From NCBI GenBank assembly GCA_964016885.1, contig OZ024741.1, positions 162,068,001 through 162,132,000 of the forward strand: DNA of 64,000 nt, read 5' to 3'. This DNA is from Eledone cirrhosa (taxonomy: Eukaryota). The notes under the pieces are model-generated. The model had not been told where the DNA came from, made no database searches, and saw only the letters and a list, made by a program, of their open reading frames with translations. Position numbers and translations under genes: made by a program. Positions 1 to 13,039 of this stretch are shown here, in pieces (positions within the stretch are counted from its first letter, which is position 1; every line of letters begins with the position of its first letter).

Positions 1-218
1 TCTCATGGGGAGGTAGTAGCGAGATGACATTCTTTCGCAGCTGGCAACAATGTGGCTTACATCCTCGATCTTTGTTTTACATAGCCTACATTTATTGTCA
101 GCTGATGGCCCTCCCCTTTTGTGCAGCAGATATTTGGTTATATGTTCCTGTATTACATAGAGATATCCCTCAAGGTGTGATGTCATAAACTTGTCGGAAC
201 TCCATGCCAGGCTTTTTG

Positions 219-249
<31 letters not shown>

Positions 250-288
250 TGTATGTATGTATGTATGTATGTATGTATGTATGTATGT

Positions 289-795
289 AGGTTTCTTGGT
301 GAGGAGGGTGACTTTGGACATCCTGCAGGACTAAAAACAAAACCTGTCAAAGGGCAAAGGAGCTCTTAAGAGTCAATGGCCATCCAAAATCACCGGGAGA
401 GATGACCCATTAGCCTTTGTCAAGGCAGAATTCTAGGAGAAGGAAAAATCTTATATAACACCTGCAACCCTGATGGTATCCAATGATGTTGACTTGTTCT
501 TCTTTTTGGTAAATATCATTGGTTAAGAGAGTGGGACTGGCTTTGTGCAGTGCCTTTGCTCACTATAAAAGCTTCACGGCACAGGCATTGCTTTATATCT
601 GGAGATCTCTCTGCACTTGTCATCACAAGGTACCATGGGCCCAGCACTATGTGTCAATAATTGTCACAAGTTTGTACCAGAGTTTTCAAGTCGCTGGCTG
701 GACTAAAAAGTTACACTTGTTCAACGCATCAGTAGGGGTTCTCCTACATGGATATAAAGTAGTGGCCGTACTCGAAAACGAGTTGGCAGCCACCA
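289..795 (+). mobile_element. Truncated copy of a ~610-bp non-coding interspersed repeat (family A), embedded in (TGTA)n
   Basis: near-identical to 845..1453 and 14532..15139; same right end ggcagccacca; strand assignment uncertain. Confidence 0.85.
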
Positions 796-844
796 TGTAT
801 ATATATAAATGTATGTATATATGTATGTATGTGTGTATGTTTAT

Positions 845-1453
845 GTCAGGTCACCAGTTGGTGCTACTGGTAACATGTATCCCAGTACAACCTGTCCCAT
901 GGTCGGGTCGTTGGCGACTAAACTGGCAACCCTACCAAGGTTTCTTGGTGAGGAGGGTGACTTTGGACATCCTGCAGGACTAAAAACAAAACCTGTCAAA
1001 GGGCAAAGGAGCTCTTAAGAGTCAATGGCCATCCAAAATCACCGGGAGTGATGACCCATTAGCCTTTGTCGAGGCAGAATTCTAGGAGAAGGAAAACTCT
1101 GATATAACACCTGCAACCCTGATGGTATCCAATGATGTTGACTTGTTCTTCTTTTTGGTAAATATCATCTTGGTTAAGAGAGTGGGACTGGCTTTGTGCA
1201 GTGCCTTTGCTCACTATAAAAGCTTCACGGCACAGGCATTGCTTTATATCTGGAGATCTCTCTGCACTTGTCGTCATATGGTACCATGGGCCCAGCACTA
1301 TGTGTCAATAATTGTCACAAGTGTAGTGTTCGTACCAGAGTTTTCAAGTCGCTGGCTGGACTAAAAAGTCACACTCGTTCAGCGCATCGGTAGGGGTTCT
1401 CCTACATGGATATAAAGTAGTGGCCGTACTCGAAAACGAGTTGGCAGCCACCA
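845..1453 (+). mobile_element. Full ~610-bp copy of repeat family A (possibly RTE-UTR-derived non-autonomous retroposon)
   Basis: tandem with 289..795 and near-identical to 14532..15139; contains ctaggagaaggaaaactctga, a motif recalled from RTE 5' UTRs; older relatives at 32905..33305(-), 60150..60335(-), 61778..61965(+). Confidence 0.8.
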
Positions 1454-1613
1454 TGTGTGTATGTATGTGTGTATGCATGCAGTCTATCGATCTATTTATC
1501 TATCTATCTAATGGAAAAACTAATGGAAACATTGTTTCCTTGGATCGATTTGACGAGGTTCACCCCACCCGGCAAGCGAATGAGGTCTGGGATCTTGTCA
1601 ATCGATCAGAACG

Positions 1614-1700
<87 letters not shown>

Positions 1701-2776
1701 CTACGTATTCCTCTACGTATTCCTCACCGGACAACCGGTGTGGGCCCCGTTCGTGAGGCGAGCCTTCCCACGACTCGTCTCGCTGACCGAGCTGCAGTCC
1801 TGGGTCAAGCAGAGACCGAGGAAAATGGGCGACTGGCACATCGAATGTGCTTAGGCGTTCACAGCCCTCTGGCAGGCGGACCCGGCGATCAGTGGAGACT
1901 CCACTTCGTCATTCTATAGAGGGTTGGTCCGCAGCAAGTGCGACGATGCGCTCGGTGAAACTCTAGGCGTAGAGGAAGATGAACTAGCCAGTCTGTTCGG
2001 TAGGACCTTCCGCCCGGGACCGATGGACAACTTCCAAAAGTCCCTGGCCTGGCAGTGCTACCGAGGAGCTCTACCAGTTCGAGACAAGCTCTACAGACAT
2101 GGGCGCCCGGGCAAAAAAGATCTGTCCGAGGTGCGTGCGAGACGAAGAAACCGTCGCGCACGCATTCATACACTGCCCGGGCGTCACTGACCTGTGGGGC
2201 TATGTAGAACGACTATTGTCGCGGGTGGGATCAGTCCAGTTGACCACCGAGTCCATTGTCATGATCAAACCGCCACCCTCCTTCAAAAACGAAGGAGAGG
2301 CGGTTTTCCTTTGTGTGATAGCTATGGCGAAAGAGGTTGTATGGTGGACAAGGTTGAAAGGGCTGAGGTCAGACACCTTTCTCTCCGGCCAACAACTGAT
2401 TCTTTTTTTCAAATACCACTTTGGAAGAAGAATCAGGATGGAGAGAGAGGTGCTGTACCCCAGCAAGTTTTATGAAAGGTGGGTGAAAGTGGCGAGAATG
2501 GCCCGAGTGAATGGGCCTTCTCTCTATATCAGCCTGTAGGTTGAGGAAAAGGAGGAGGAGAGGAAAGGAGTACAAGCTCTTCGTACTCCTGGAGATGGGG
2601 GTTGCACATTTTTTTTCGGGGGTATGTGTTACCCATATAAACTGTCTCCCTCTATTGGGGAAAATCGACTAACTTTTAAATTCCATCTGTGATAACATTT
2701 TACACGTTTTTATTGTATGTAAACTTCCCCCTTTGTATTTGTCCCCTTCTTTTGTGCCCCTGTGGCTAATAAAGAA

Positions 2777-2777
<1 letters not shown>
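1701..2777 (+). mobile_element. 5'-truncated Tx1/L1-clade LINE (zf-RVT C-terminus + 3' UTR) inserted in (TATC)n
   Basis: FQKSLAWQCYRGALPVRDKL and CPRC...ETVAHAFIHCP zinc knuckle, with in-frame stop and frameshift; AATAAA at 2768 followed by (ATCT)n. Confidence 0.85.
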
Positions 2778-2815
<38 letters not shown>

Positions 2816-4484
2816 GGGACGTACGTTTTTTATTTAGGGGTCCGTTTTTTTTTGGGGGGGGGGTCCGTTTTCTATTTGGGGGGGCGTCCGTTTTTTATTC
2901 GGGGGGGGGGGGGGGGTCCGTTGTTTATTGGGGGGGTCCGCTTTCGGTGGGGGGGTCCGTTTTCTATTTGGGGGATCTGTTTTCTATTTGGGGGAATTCG
3001 TTTTTTATTTGGGGGTCCGATTTTTATTTGGGGGGTCCGTTTTTTATTTGGGGGGACCCGTTTTTTATTTGGGTGGAATCCGTTTTTTATTTGGGGTCCG
3101 TTTTTTATTTGGGAAGTATCCGTTTTTTATTTAGGGGGATCCATTTTTTATTTGAGGGGGGGGGGTCCGTTTTTTATTTGGGAATACGTCTTTTGTTTAG
3201 GGAGGGGTCCTTTTTTTCTTTGTGGACCCTCAAATAAAAAACGGACACGCAAATATAAAACGGACACTCCAATAAAAAAAACGGACCTCCCCCCCCCCCA
3301 AATAAAAAACAGCTCACCAAATAAAAAATGGATACCCCCCCCCCAATAAAAAACGGACCCCCCAATAAAAAGGTCGGACCCCCATTAAAAAAACGGAACC
3401 CCCATAACCCCCCCCCTCCAATAAAAATACGGACCCCACCAATAAAAAAAAGAATAAAAATAAAAAACGGACATCCCAAATCAAAAGTGGATCCCCCCGA
3501 ATAAAAAACGGACCCGTTCTAAATAAAAAAAACGAACTCTCTCCCGAATAAAACCGGATCCCCCAAATAAAAGACGGATCCCAAATATAAAGCGGATCCC
3601 CGAATAAAAAACGGACCCCCGAAATAAAAAATGGATCCCGCCAAATAATAAATGCCCCTCCTGCACTCCTCCACTCCAATAAAAAACGGATACCTCCCCA
3701 AATAAAAAACGGACCCTCCCCCAAATAAAAAACGGATCACCCCAAATAATAAACGCCCCTACTCCACTCCCCCACTCGAATAAAAAATGGACATCTCCCC
3801 AAATAAAAAAACGGACCACCCCCAATAAAAAAAGGATCTCCCAAATAAAAACAACGGACCCCCCAACAAAAAAAAAACGGACACACTCCTAATAAAAAAA
3901 TGGATCCCACAAATAAAAAAACAGACTTCCCCCGAATAAAACCGGATCCCCCCAAATAAAAAACGGACCCCCGCCCTAAATAAAAAAACTGATCCCTCCC
4001 AATAAAAAAGCGGATCCCCTAAATACCCCCCCCCCACAATAAAAAACGGATCCCACAAATAAAAAAACGGACTCCTCCCAATAAAAAACGGATCCCCCCA
4101 ATAAATACGGACCCCCCCCCCCTCCTCCGCAAATAAAAAAGCCGACCCAGATTTAAAAAGCGGATCCCCGAATAAAAAACAGACCCCCAAATAAAAAACG
4201 GATCCCCTCAAATAATAAACGTCCCTCCTCCACTCCCACTCCTATTGGAGTGGGCGTTCCCCCCAAATAAAGCCAGATTGCTCCAAATAAAAAATCGCCA
4301 CCAATAAAAAACGGACCCCCCCCCCCAATAAAAAACGGACAACCCAATAAAAAAACAGACCCCCCCCCCCCACCCCAATAAAAAAACGGATGCCCCCAAA
4401 TAAAAAACGGATCCACCCCATATAAAAAACGGACCCTCCCCAATAAAAAACGACCCCCCCAAATAAAAAAAACGCGGATTACCC
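2816..4484. repeat. Inverted array of ~20-bp minisatellite (ggggtccgttttttatttg / caaataaaaaacggacccc); foldback-like element
   Basis: unit orientation flips at ~3225; both ends begin GGG..CGTTTTTTTATTT. Confidence 0.85.
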
Positions 4485-5470
4485 TACACCTATAGCTGAA
4501 TCTATAGCGGAACTAGACAAGGAATTCCAAACATGGAAGCAGAGACTAGAAAGAAGGGGTCTCAAGGTCAACCTGACAAAGATTAAGGTCCTCGTAAGTA
4601 GACGAGAAAACAACCCAGATCCCCTCAGGAAATGGCCTTGCTCAGTATGTAGGAAAGGTGTAGGTAGGAATTCCATCCTCTGCTCCAAATGCAAACTATG
4701 GGAACACAAGAGATGTAGTGGGATCTCAGGAAGCTTAGTTAAGAATGTAGGCTTTACATGTAGCAGCTGCACCTGGACAGTATGCAGTAAACGGCCAGAG
4801 GAAACAAGCACTACCAAACTCTGGGCGGGCTCTGTAGCAACAGTAGACAGCTTCTGATACCTGGGTGACTGAATTAGCAGCGGAGGTGGGTGTTCTGAAA
4901 GTACAGTAAGCAGAAACGAATTGAGAGAGAGACTGAACATAAGAGGAATCAAATGCTGTGTGCAGGAGAGGAGGATGCGTTGGTATGGACATGTGATGCG
5001 GATGAAGGATGACAGTTGCATAAACGGGTGCAGAGCACTAAAAGTTGATGGAAGCCATGTAGTGGGTAGACCCCAAAAGACCTTGGATGAGGTGATAAAA
5101 GCGGACCTTGCCCAATTGTACCTCTCAACGGCGATGACACAGGACCGTGACCTCTGGCGTTACGCAGTAATACAGAAGACCCGACTTCCCACGGGTACAA
5201 GCCTGAGCTGAAGCATATAGACAATATACCGCATCCCCTCCCACTGCAAAGTAGTCGTGGAGGTGCCATGGCAAAAAAGCACCCAGCCCACACTGTAAAT
5301 GAGGTTGGTGTTAGGAAGAGCATCCAGCTGTAGAAATCAAGCCAAAATCAGTTCCCGTATGAGCAAGACAAGGTCCCCCAGACCTAACATTGCCTAACAG
5401 GACAATCCGTCTAACACATGCTAGTGTGGAAGAAAGGATGTAAAACGGTGATGATGATGATGATGATGAT
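4485..5470 (+). mobile_element. Decayed RTE-clade LINE 3' portion with (GAT)n tail
   Basis: GLKVNLTKIKVL, CSVCRKGVGRNSILCSKCKLW, RMRWYGHVMR...GRPQKT motifs. Confidence 0.85.
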
Positions 5471-5529
5471 ATATCTAATTTTTAGAGACGTTTGCTTAAG
5501 AGTCAACACAGAGAAAAGGGAGAGAAATA

Positions 5530-6425
5530 AAGGAGATCCTATTGGATGTATTTGATCTAAATCCTTTACTGTTGCACTCTGACCTGGGTTTAGCTGGCCA
5601 TATGAGATCGTATGTGAAGTGTACAGCCTAAAACTGATTCCTCCATATTCTATCCTCGCATTAATAATGGTTAAGCTGGCCGTAGGAGAACATATGCGAG
5701 GTATATGCCCTAAAGCCTTTGCTTTCGCCATCTAGTCAGGCATTGAGCACTATTCAGCTGGCCATATGTGATCTCATGGGAAATATAGGCGTAATCTGCC
5801 GTTGATGAAGGTTTAGCTAGCTGTAGGAGATGCTATGGGAAGTATATACCTTAAAACGCCTTCTTTTACTCTCTAATATGCCATTGACAAGGGTTGAGCT
5901 GACGGTATGAGATCCTATCGCACGAATATGACCTAAAGCTGTTTTTTTCGCACTTTGATATGGGTTCAGCTGGCCATATGAGATCCTATAGGAAGTATAT
6001 GGCCTAAAACTGCTCCTTTCACCTTCTATCCTGTCATTGACAAGGGTTTGGCTGATGGAAGGAGATCTTATGGGACATAAAGGACCTAAAGCCATTACTT
6101 TCACTCTCTAATCAGGCACTAACCAGGGTTTAGCTGGCCATATTAGATTCTATGCGATATATATATGCTTAAATCTGCTTCTTTCTGACAGGGGCTTAGC
6201 TGTCCGTAGAGGATTCTATGGAGCGTGTACGATCTAAAGCCATTACTTTCTCAGTCTGACCTGAGATTCTATGGGAAGTATACGGCCTGAAACTGCTTCT
6301 TTCACTCTCTAGCCTCACAGTGACAAGGGTTTAAAAGATCCTATGGGAAGTATATGCTTTAAAACTGCATTTTTTACCTTCTAAGCAGGCACTTACCAGG
6401 GTTAATCTGGGTGTATGAGATCTTA
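5530..6425. repeat. Diverged tandem repeat, ~60/120-bp period (gggtttagctggccatatgagatcctatgggaagtatat...)
   Basis: recurring agggtt(t)agctg / gatcctatggga motifs at regular spacing. Confidence 0.75.
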
Positions 6426-6490
6426 GCGCAAGCAAAATCGTGTGCACCAGCTGTGCACAAACTCGTGTGCTTGGGAGTGGAAAAAGAGGG

Positions 6491-6526
6491 TCTTAACGTT
6501 TCGGACGCTAGTCCTTAATCAGAAGA
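6491..6526 (-). ncRNA. Degenerate minimal hammerhead (family of 29979), core CUGAUUA
   Basis: RC tctt CTGATTA a ggac tagc gtcc GAAACGTT aaga. Confidence 0.5.
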
Positions 6527-6597
6527 AAGAATGAGAAATTAGACAGATTGAAGAGACGGGCAGGGCGGAATCGGAAAAAATGATTTTAGAGAAAATT

Positions 6598-6779
6598 AAT
6601 TGTTTCTACGTTTGGCACAAGGCCAGCAATTACCCAGTGCATTACTGGTACTTTATTTTATCGACCCCGTAAGGATGAAAGGCAAAGTTAACCTCGGCGA
6701 GATTTGAACTCAGAATGGCAAGGGACGTAACTCTATACGTCAAAGCATCGCGTCCGACTCTCCACCGATACTGCCAATC
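6598..6779 (-). mobile_element. tRNA-derived SINE family 1 (core gcctttcatccttacggggtcgataaaataaagtaccag); further copies at ~20318, 23185, 25575, 27010, 27232, 29130, 36310, 39230, 41390, 42430, 42893, 43111, 50090, 51010, 52165, 52340, 54618, 57665, 59030, 59468, 60458, 62715, 62950
   Basis: A-box-like tggcagtatcgg, B-box gagttcaaatccc, shared core and 3' tail across >20 copies. Confidence 0.9.
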
Positions 6780-7115
6780 GAGAAAAATAATAGCTCCATT
6801 CATGTTGCCATCTCTTAACATGACACACAGACACACATTTAAAATAAATAAAAAAATTATAATTTCAAGGGAGAGAAAGATCCTCAGAGACTTTGGAATC
6901 GAAAGATCCTCAGATATGCCTCAGTATGTAAGCTCGTATGTATGTGTGTGTATTACATATATATATATCAACAGACACAGACAACCACACACACTTTGAA
7001 AAAAAAAATTATAATTTCAAGGGAGGTAATTCAGTTTAATTTACAATTTTTTTTATCTCCCTTCTCTCTATTTTGCCTGTTAAGCAAACGTCTACACACA
7101 CCCACACACTGATAT

Positions 7116-7224
<109 letters not shown>

Positions 7225-7995
7225 TATATCACTGTGTGTCCCAACACAAGAGAACCAAACTTCCACTGTCACTGCCTCTGTCTCTCTCCCTATCTCTCAT
7301 ATACACCATGTCCAAACACAAAAGAACCAAACTCCCATTGTCACTGCCTCTGTTTCTCCTGCTCTCCCCATATCTCATATACACCATGTCCGAATATAAG
7401 GGAACCAAGCTCCCACTGTCACTGCCTCTGTTTCTCCTGCTCTCCCCATCTCTCATTTACACCATGTCCGAACATATAGGAACCAAACTCCCACTGTCAC
7501 TGGCTCTGTCTCTCTTGCTCTCCCCAACTCTCACTATTATGAGCAAATGGGGACCCCTATTCTAGCCACCCCACGACCCGGGAGGACAAAATAAAGAAGG
7601 CATTTCCCTGGAAGATGGTCAAGGAAATGCGCTGGAAGAGCCATTTCAGCCTGCAAAGCTCACACTTATGAGTAACCAACTCCATGCCAATGGTTGTGAG
7701 TAGGATGGTGGTGCTAGGGTCAAGGACACCAGAAGTTTCCACTCCTACGGGCTCGACCACAAACTTGTCGGACAATGATTTATATTTGGAGAGTTTACCC
7801 TCCTCGAAGTGCAGCAGAGCCTGGGTTACACGCAGACTGTACCAGGTTGCTGCTGGAGAATGTGTCATTGCAAGTGGCATCACAGATGAGGGGCTTACCA
7901 CCGTGGATTAGGAAGATAGTTATTCTATCTGGCCTTTTGCCATCCCCTCGGTCCAGCCCCGAGATTATGACTGTTTTATCAACTGCTAAACTTTC
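7225..7995 (-). mobile_element. CRE-like (RLE-type) LINE 3' fragment with ~65-bp tandem repeats in the 3' region; relatives at 10150..10430(-), 24826..25145(+), 55318..55720(+)
   Basis: GDGKRPDRIT..GKPLICDATCNDTF, KYKSLSDKFVVEPVGVETSG, WLFQRISLTIFQGNA. Confidence 0.8.
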
Positions 7996-8098
7996 ATAAA
8001 TATTCAATTACTTAAGCTGTTCGTTTTTGTAGCATTGATGTTGTTGTTGTTGTTGTTGTTGTCAATATTGTTGTTGCCATCTTCCACATCATCATCAG

Positions 8099-8266
8099 AT
8101 CTGCCAACTTCTAAAAACCCAAACGGGAAGTACCATGAAAAAAAGTGCCCCAAAACGGAGAGATTTTACATAACGAAAGCTATACCCATTTTCACACGAG
8201 AAGACATCTAACATCGACCGCAAAGTGGGTGGGAGATCTCCCGTCAAACAGGGAGAGTTGACAGGT
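8099..8266. mobile_element. Small MITE-like repeat, second copy at 18094..18282
   Basis: imperfect TIR atctgccaact/agttgacaggt; two homologous copies. Confidence 0.55.
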
Positions 8267-8644
8267 TTATGTATAGGTCAATAAAGAGGTGAATGGATTT
8301 TTAGGCAGTTGTATAGAAAAGTGTATAGGTCTGTTAAGAAGTAAATGATCTTTTAGTCAGAGAATTGTTGTAGGGAATTGTTGAGAATGTGTAGAACAGT
8401 ATAGAAGTGTAAATGTCTGTATATAGGCAATATTGAACTTGTATGTAGGTGTATTGTAGATTAAAATGCCATAATATATCAATATAGAGCTGTATATAAT
8501 ATGGAATGAAGATGAATGGCGTAGTGGTTAGGGTATTCAGATCACAATCATAAGTTGCACATTGTTTGCTAGAACAAGACACTTTATTTCATTTTGCTCC
8601 AATTCATTCAGCTGCCAAAAATGAGTTTTATTTGAAATTCATAT

Positions 8645-9655
8645 AATAATAATAATAATAAAATTATTGTGTACAGTGTTCAGGTGCACTACAACTCATC
8701 AAAGGTGCATGTATAGTACATAGAATAATGTACAAATGTCAGGAAAATGAACAGTGTATGAGTCATGAAATACACACAGATACATGTGTGCATGTGTATG
8801 GAGGGGGGACATCAGGTGTAGTGTTGGCGAATCTCAGAAAGCATGGAGGTTTTAAAGGATGCAGTGTCTCGACAGCTAACAACTGATGCAGGTAGTTTGT
8901 ACCATGCTTCAGCAACACTGAGCGTGAAAAAATGTTTCCGAAAGTCAGGGAGCTGTGCTGTTTTCTGACTTTGTAGGCATGCCCACGTGTGTTAGACACA
9001 TGGAAATCAAAATGGGGCTCAGAGTTGTTGTTGGCAAGATGGTTAATAATTTTGTGGATGTTTACCAAGTCAGTTTTCAAACTTCGGAGTTTCAATGTAT
9101 CCATGACCAGGGAAGCAAGGCGTTCAGAGTATGGTAGATGCCTGATGGAGGGTATTCGCTTGGTTGCATGTCTCTGAACAGTTTCCAGGTGGTCAATGTT
9201 CTGAGCAAGATAGGGGTTCCAGACTGGTGATGCAAATTCTAAGTGTGGCCGCACCATAGCTATATACAGCTTTAAATAGATAACTGGAGAGCGGCTGATA
9301 AAGGTCTTGCTGAGTGATGCTAAGACACCTTCAGCCTTCTTGACAACTTTAGAGACGTGCTTCGTCCAATGCAAATCGCTGACAGTTATGCCACGTTCAT
9401 AAGAAGACTTCTTGATATTAGTGTTGAGGAGGGAGTATGTGGACACTGGGTTTTTACTCCCAAAATGCATGGTGGTACATTTGTCCACACCCAACTTGAG
9501 TTGCCAGTCCGTGATCCATTGTTGCATTGTGTCCAGGTCTGATTGCAGGAAAGATCTACAGTGTTCAGGATCTGTCCTTTTTATCTCGAAGTACAGCTTG
9601 ATGTCATCTGCATATTTCAGTACTGTGGCATTCTTTAAGTTGGCATCTATGTCAT
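8645..9655 (-). mobile_element. CR1/L2-group LINE 3' fragment with (TTA)n tail
   Basis: YADDIKLY, VRPHLEFASPVWNP..IDHLETVQRHATK, TRGH motifs. Confidence 0.88.
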
Positions 9656-9851
9656 GGAACTGGCCTTATCATACCATGTGTGACATTGAATCTTCCTGAG
9701 AATTGTGTTAAGAGTGTGTGTTTCTGTGGAATGCTCAGTCACTGACATTAATTTCATGAGTAGGCAGTTCTGTTGATTGAATCAACTGGTGTGCTTGTCG
9801 TCTGAAATGATGGTGGTCCATCATTTATGTACAGTGTAGCTTCCATACATG

Positions 9852-10140
9852 CAGGGTTGGATTTAGACCGGGTGGGGGTGAGGGGGTACATACACAAACA
9901 AAATTAGAACCCCCCCCTCCCCCAGTTTTACATATCAAAGTTAGCTTGGTGCGGGTAACTGGAATTGAAAAGCTTTACATACAAGTATTAAATTCAAAAA
10001 TTCTAACCATCTTTAAACTAAAAATCCCAGCTGAGGGTAAAAATAAATTACTACAGCCATTACTGGTGAGGGCCCGCACTGCAGGGGACCCAGGAAAATT
10101 GCCCCTATTGCCCCCCACCCCCTCATTAAATCTGGCCCTA
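9852..10140. mobile_element. hAT-type MITE with 8-bp TSD catacatg
   Basis: TIR cagggttggattta / taaatctggcccta; catacatg at 9844-9851 and 10141-10148. Confidence 0.8.
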
Positions 10141-10759
10141 CATACATGGTCAGTGGACAACAAGAACTAGTTCCAACAGGGTGGTGGATGAAGCTCTACA
10201 TGGCAAGCTGCCAATGATGTCTGCCGCACAGCAGTCAACTCCCCCAAATATTTTGAATGCCACAGGCTGGAAAAAACAGTTTGCCAATAGTTCCTGATAT
10301 TTTAGAATGTTATTCCATTTGTCTATGAATGCAGTCACCCTCGCCTTTACCATAACATCTAAGATATGGGAAGAAACTAAAGATTCACTGACTGTGATGT
10401 CCCAAATGAAGCACACATTTTTTACCATGGATAATGGTGAACATAACTGAATAAACTGGTGTACAGAATTTATAGATCTGCATAGAGCTGGTGTAGGGCT
10501 GTAGAATGGTGTTTACAGTGTATAGTGCAATATAAAGGCAGTGAGAAACTGTATAGAAGGTGTATATATAATCAATGTAGATAATTAATATTAAGCTGCT
10601 ATGTGTAGTCATACATGGAGATGCTATAAAATAGATTGAACACTCTTAAAGATAGAAAAAGAAGTTGCCATCGGTTGATGTCATTTTTTTCCGTCTTTAA
10701 GAGTGTTCACCTTGTTTTATAAGCATCTCCACACATGAGCACATCATTCCATATATTAA

Positions 10760-10980
10760 CCCTTTAGCATTTAAACCGGCTGTATCCGACCAGAATTCTC
10801 TCGCCCCTTTCTGTTTAAACCAGTCGTAATCTGCTGCTCATACCAATGTTAAGGTATTGTTCTAAAAATAAATAACATCAAAATCTCATAGCTTTTATAT
10901 TATGTGGGTTAATGATGTGAGATAAAGTATTTACCGTGAAAATACAATAGTAAATACAGATTAATGTAAATGCTAAAGGG
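10760..10980. mobile_element. piggyBac-type MITE with TTAA TSD
   Basis: TTAA|ccctttagcattta ... taaatgctaaaggg|TTAA. Confidence 0.85.
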
Positions 10981-11269
10981 TTAAAGTTGATATTATACAG
11001 TACATTAATAAAGATAATGAAATATGTGACTAGCCTCAATATTTTATTTAATTAAGTCTTTACTGAAATCGAAACATAAATAAATATTGAATTATTGGGG
11101 AGTTGGTCTACTGATAATGAATTTCTGTTCGTTGTTAATGGCTCAACTTACAAGCATTGATGGCTCACCTTACCAGGATTAATGGCTCAACTTACTAGCA
11201 TTGATGGCTCACCATACCAATGTATCAGGTAATGTCCATGCACACACATACACATACCCACTAACTGGG

Positions 11270-11780
11270 AGATTCTTCTTGATTCTCGTAGCCACAATTT
11301 GGTGAACTGTTGTGCGGAGAGTAGCAAGCAAGTATGGCTGTTGTGGGATTTCCCATAAATGTGACAGGAAAGATGTGCTCATCAATCTTCTTGACTGAAA
11401 GAAGTAGAGACAGTAGCATTGAGTCAAGAGAAATGCCCACACCTCGGATGGAAGCTCCACAGTCATTTCGAACAGGAGATGTAGTGAAGAAAGTTGTAGC
11501 TCCAAGATTGCACGCAACTATTTCTGGGTCGGAGTCAAAATGTACAAAATGATCATCTTGAATGCATGTTACAGAGATGTTGTAGCCAGTCATCAGTTTG
11601 ATGAGCTCAGCTTGTGATGATGCAGTGTTTAGAGTTCTACAGTTGAGTGTGATCACTTTATAAGACTGGCTAGGTCTAGAGATATTTTTGTTGGGTCGTT
11701 GATGATCGAAGCTCAGTTGTCTGAAAGAATTTACGTCAGGCTTGTCATTGGCTGCAGGAGCAGTATTGCATGACCGCATG
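11270..11780 (-). mobile_element. LINE AP-endonuclease fragment (RTE-like)
   Basis: ITLNCRTL, VTCIQD, GVGISL, ACYSPHN motifs. Confidence 0.75.
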
Positions 11781-12519
11781 AATGTCTGATTGGCAAGGGT
11801 TTAACCTTAGTACTGTAGTTGAATTTCATGTTTTTTCTAATGGTTAAATACAATTTGGTGTTCATAACAGAGCCTTACCTATAGTCATGAATCTTGGGTA
11901 GTGACTGAAACAATACAATCAGTTGGAGATGGTTGCATCTGACAAGACCTGCTAGAAGGAGTGTTTGAGGACTCTACCCCCACAACACTCTTAAGAAGAA
12001 GGAGGAGGAGGAGGAGGAGGAGGAGATACATATGCGGCTTGCCAGACCTGCATATTTCATGGTTCTCTGCTAACTCGATCAATGCACCTTCCTGTTGTGA
12101 AGTGAAATGATCATCTGTGAAGTTGCTCTGTCCTATTTGCCAAAACATCTGTCTGTTGATGATTGTCACAAGAACTAAAACTAGCCATAAAGATGGAGGT
12201 CTTTTTTCTTTCTTGAGGTTAGGCTCCACTACATCCATTGTGTTCAGCTCCAGGATCAACAGATAAAGGTATTTAAAAATGTATACATTTGTACACACTA
12301 TTGGATGGCAGTTGACTCTCCTGACTTCCTCCGCCATTTGACGGGGTTTATTTTTTGTCCCGTGGAGTATCCAAAAAAAGTGACCCATCTCACTAAGTAA
12401 GCTTGGTGAGGTTGCCGGTTTAGTTTCCAACAATCTGACCATGTAACGAGCTGTACTCTTAGACACAGATTTAGTCAATATTTATAACCAAACTATTTTA
12501 GTATATCAGTATATATTAT

Positions 12520-12925
12520 TATCATCGTCGTTTAACGTCCACTTTCTATGCTCATACAAAACTGTTTCTGGCTAGATTTCTACAGCTGGATGCCCTTCCT
12601 AATGCCAATCACATTTACAGTGTGTGCTGGGTGCTTTTTGCCATGACTCCTACATGACCACTTTATAGTGTTGGCTGGGTGCTTTTTGTTGTGACTCCTA
12701 CACAATCACTTTACTGAATGGGCTGGGTACTTTGAACTGTGACTCCTACACGACCACTTTACAGTGTGGGCTGGGTGCCTTTTGTTGTAACACCTACATA
12801 ACCATTTTACAGGGTGGGCTGGGTGATTTTTGTTGTGACTCCTACATGACCACTTTACAGTGTAGGCTGGGTGCTTTTTGTTGTGACACCTACACGACCA
12901 CTTTAGAGTGTAAGGGTGGTGTGGG
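12520..12925 (-). mobile_element. RTE 3' UTR with an internally amplified ~42-bp unit
   Basis: homologous to 5250..5460; repeated cactttacagtgtgggctgggtgctttttgttgtgactcctac. Confidence 0.75.
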
Positions 12926-13039
12926 CTGATGATATATATATATATATATGTATACATATATATATATATATATATATATTGAAAATCCTGATTTCAAACG
13001 AATGAAACAGCTGGAGTTCTGTAGATTCTTTCCTGAGAC

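Noticed and set aside
845-935. HDV-like ribozyme at the end of repeat family A (ccagt...ctaa-actgg)
   Set aside because: A P2/J4-2-like match exists, but no consistent P1 or P1.1 could be built.
2762-4462. Many Gly/Phe-rich ORFs in the ORF track
   Set aside because: They are translations of the 20-bp minisatellite in all frames; not a gene.
2816-4484. CRISPR-like periodicity
   Set aside because: No unique spacers, degenerate contiguous units, eukaryotic context, no cas genes.
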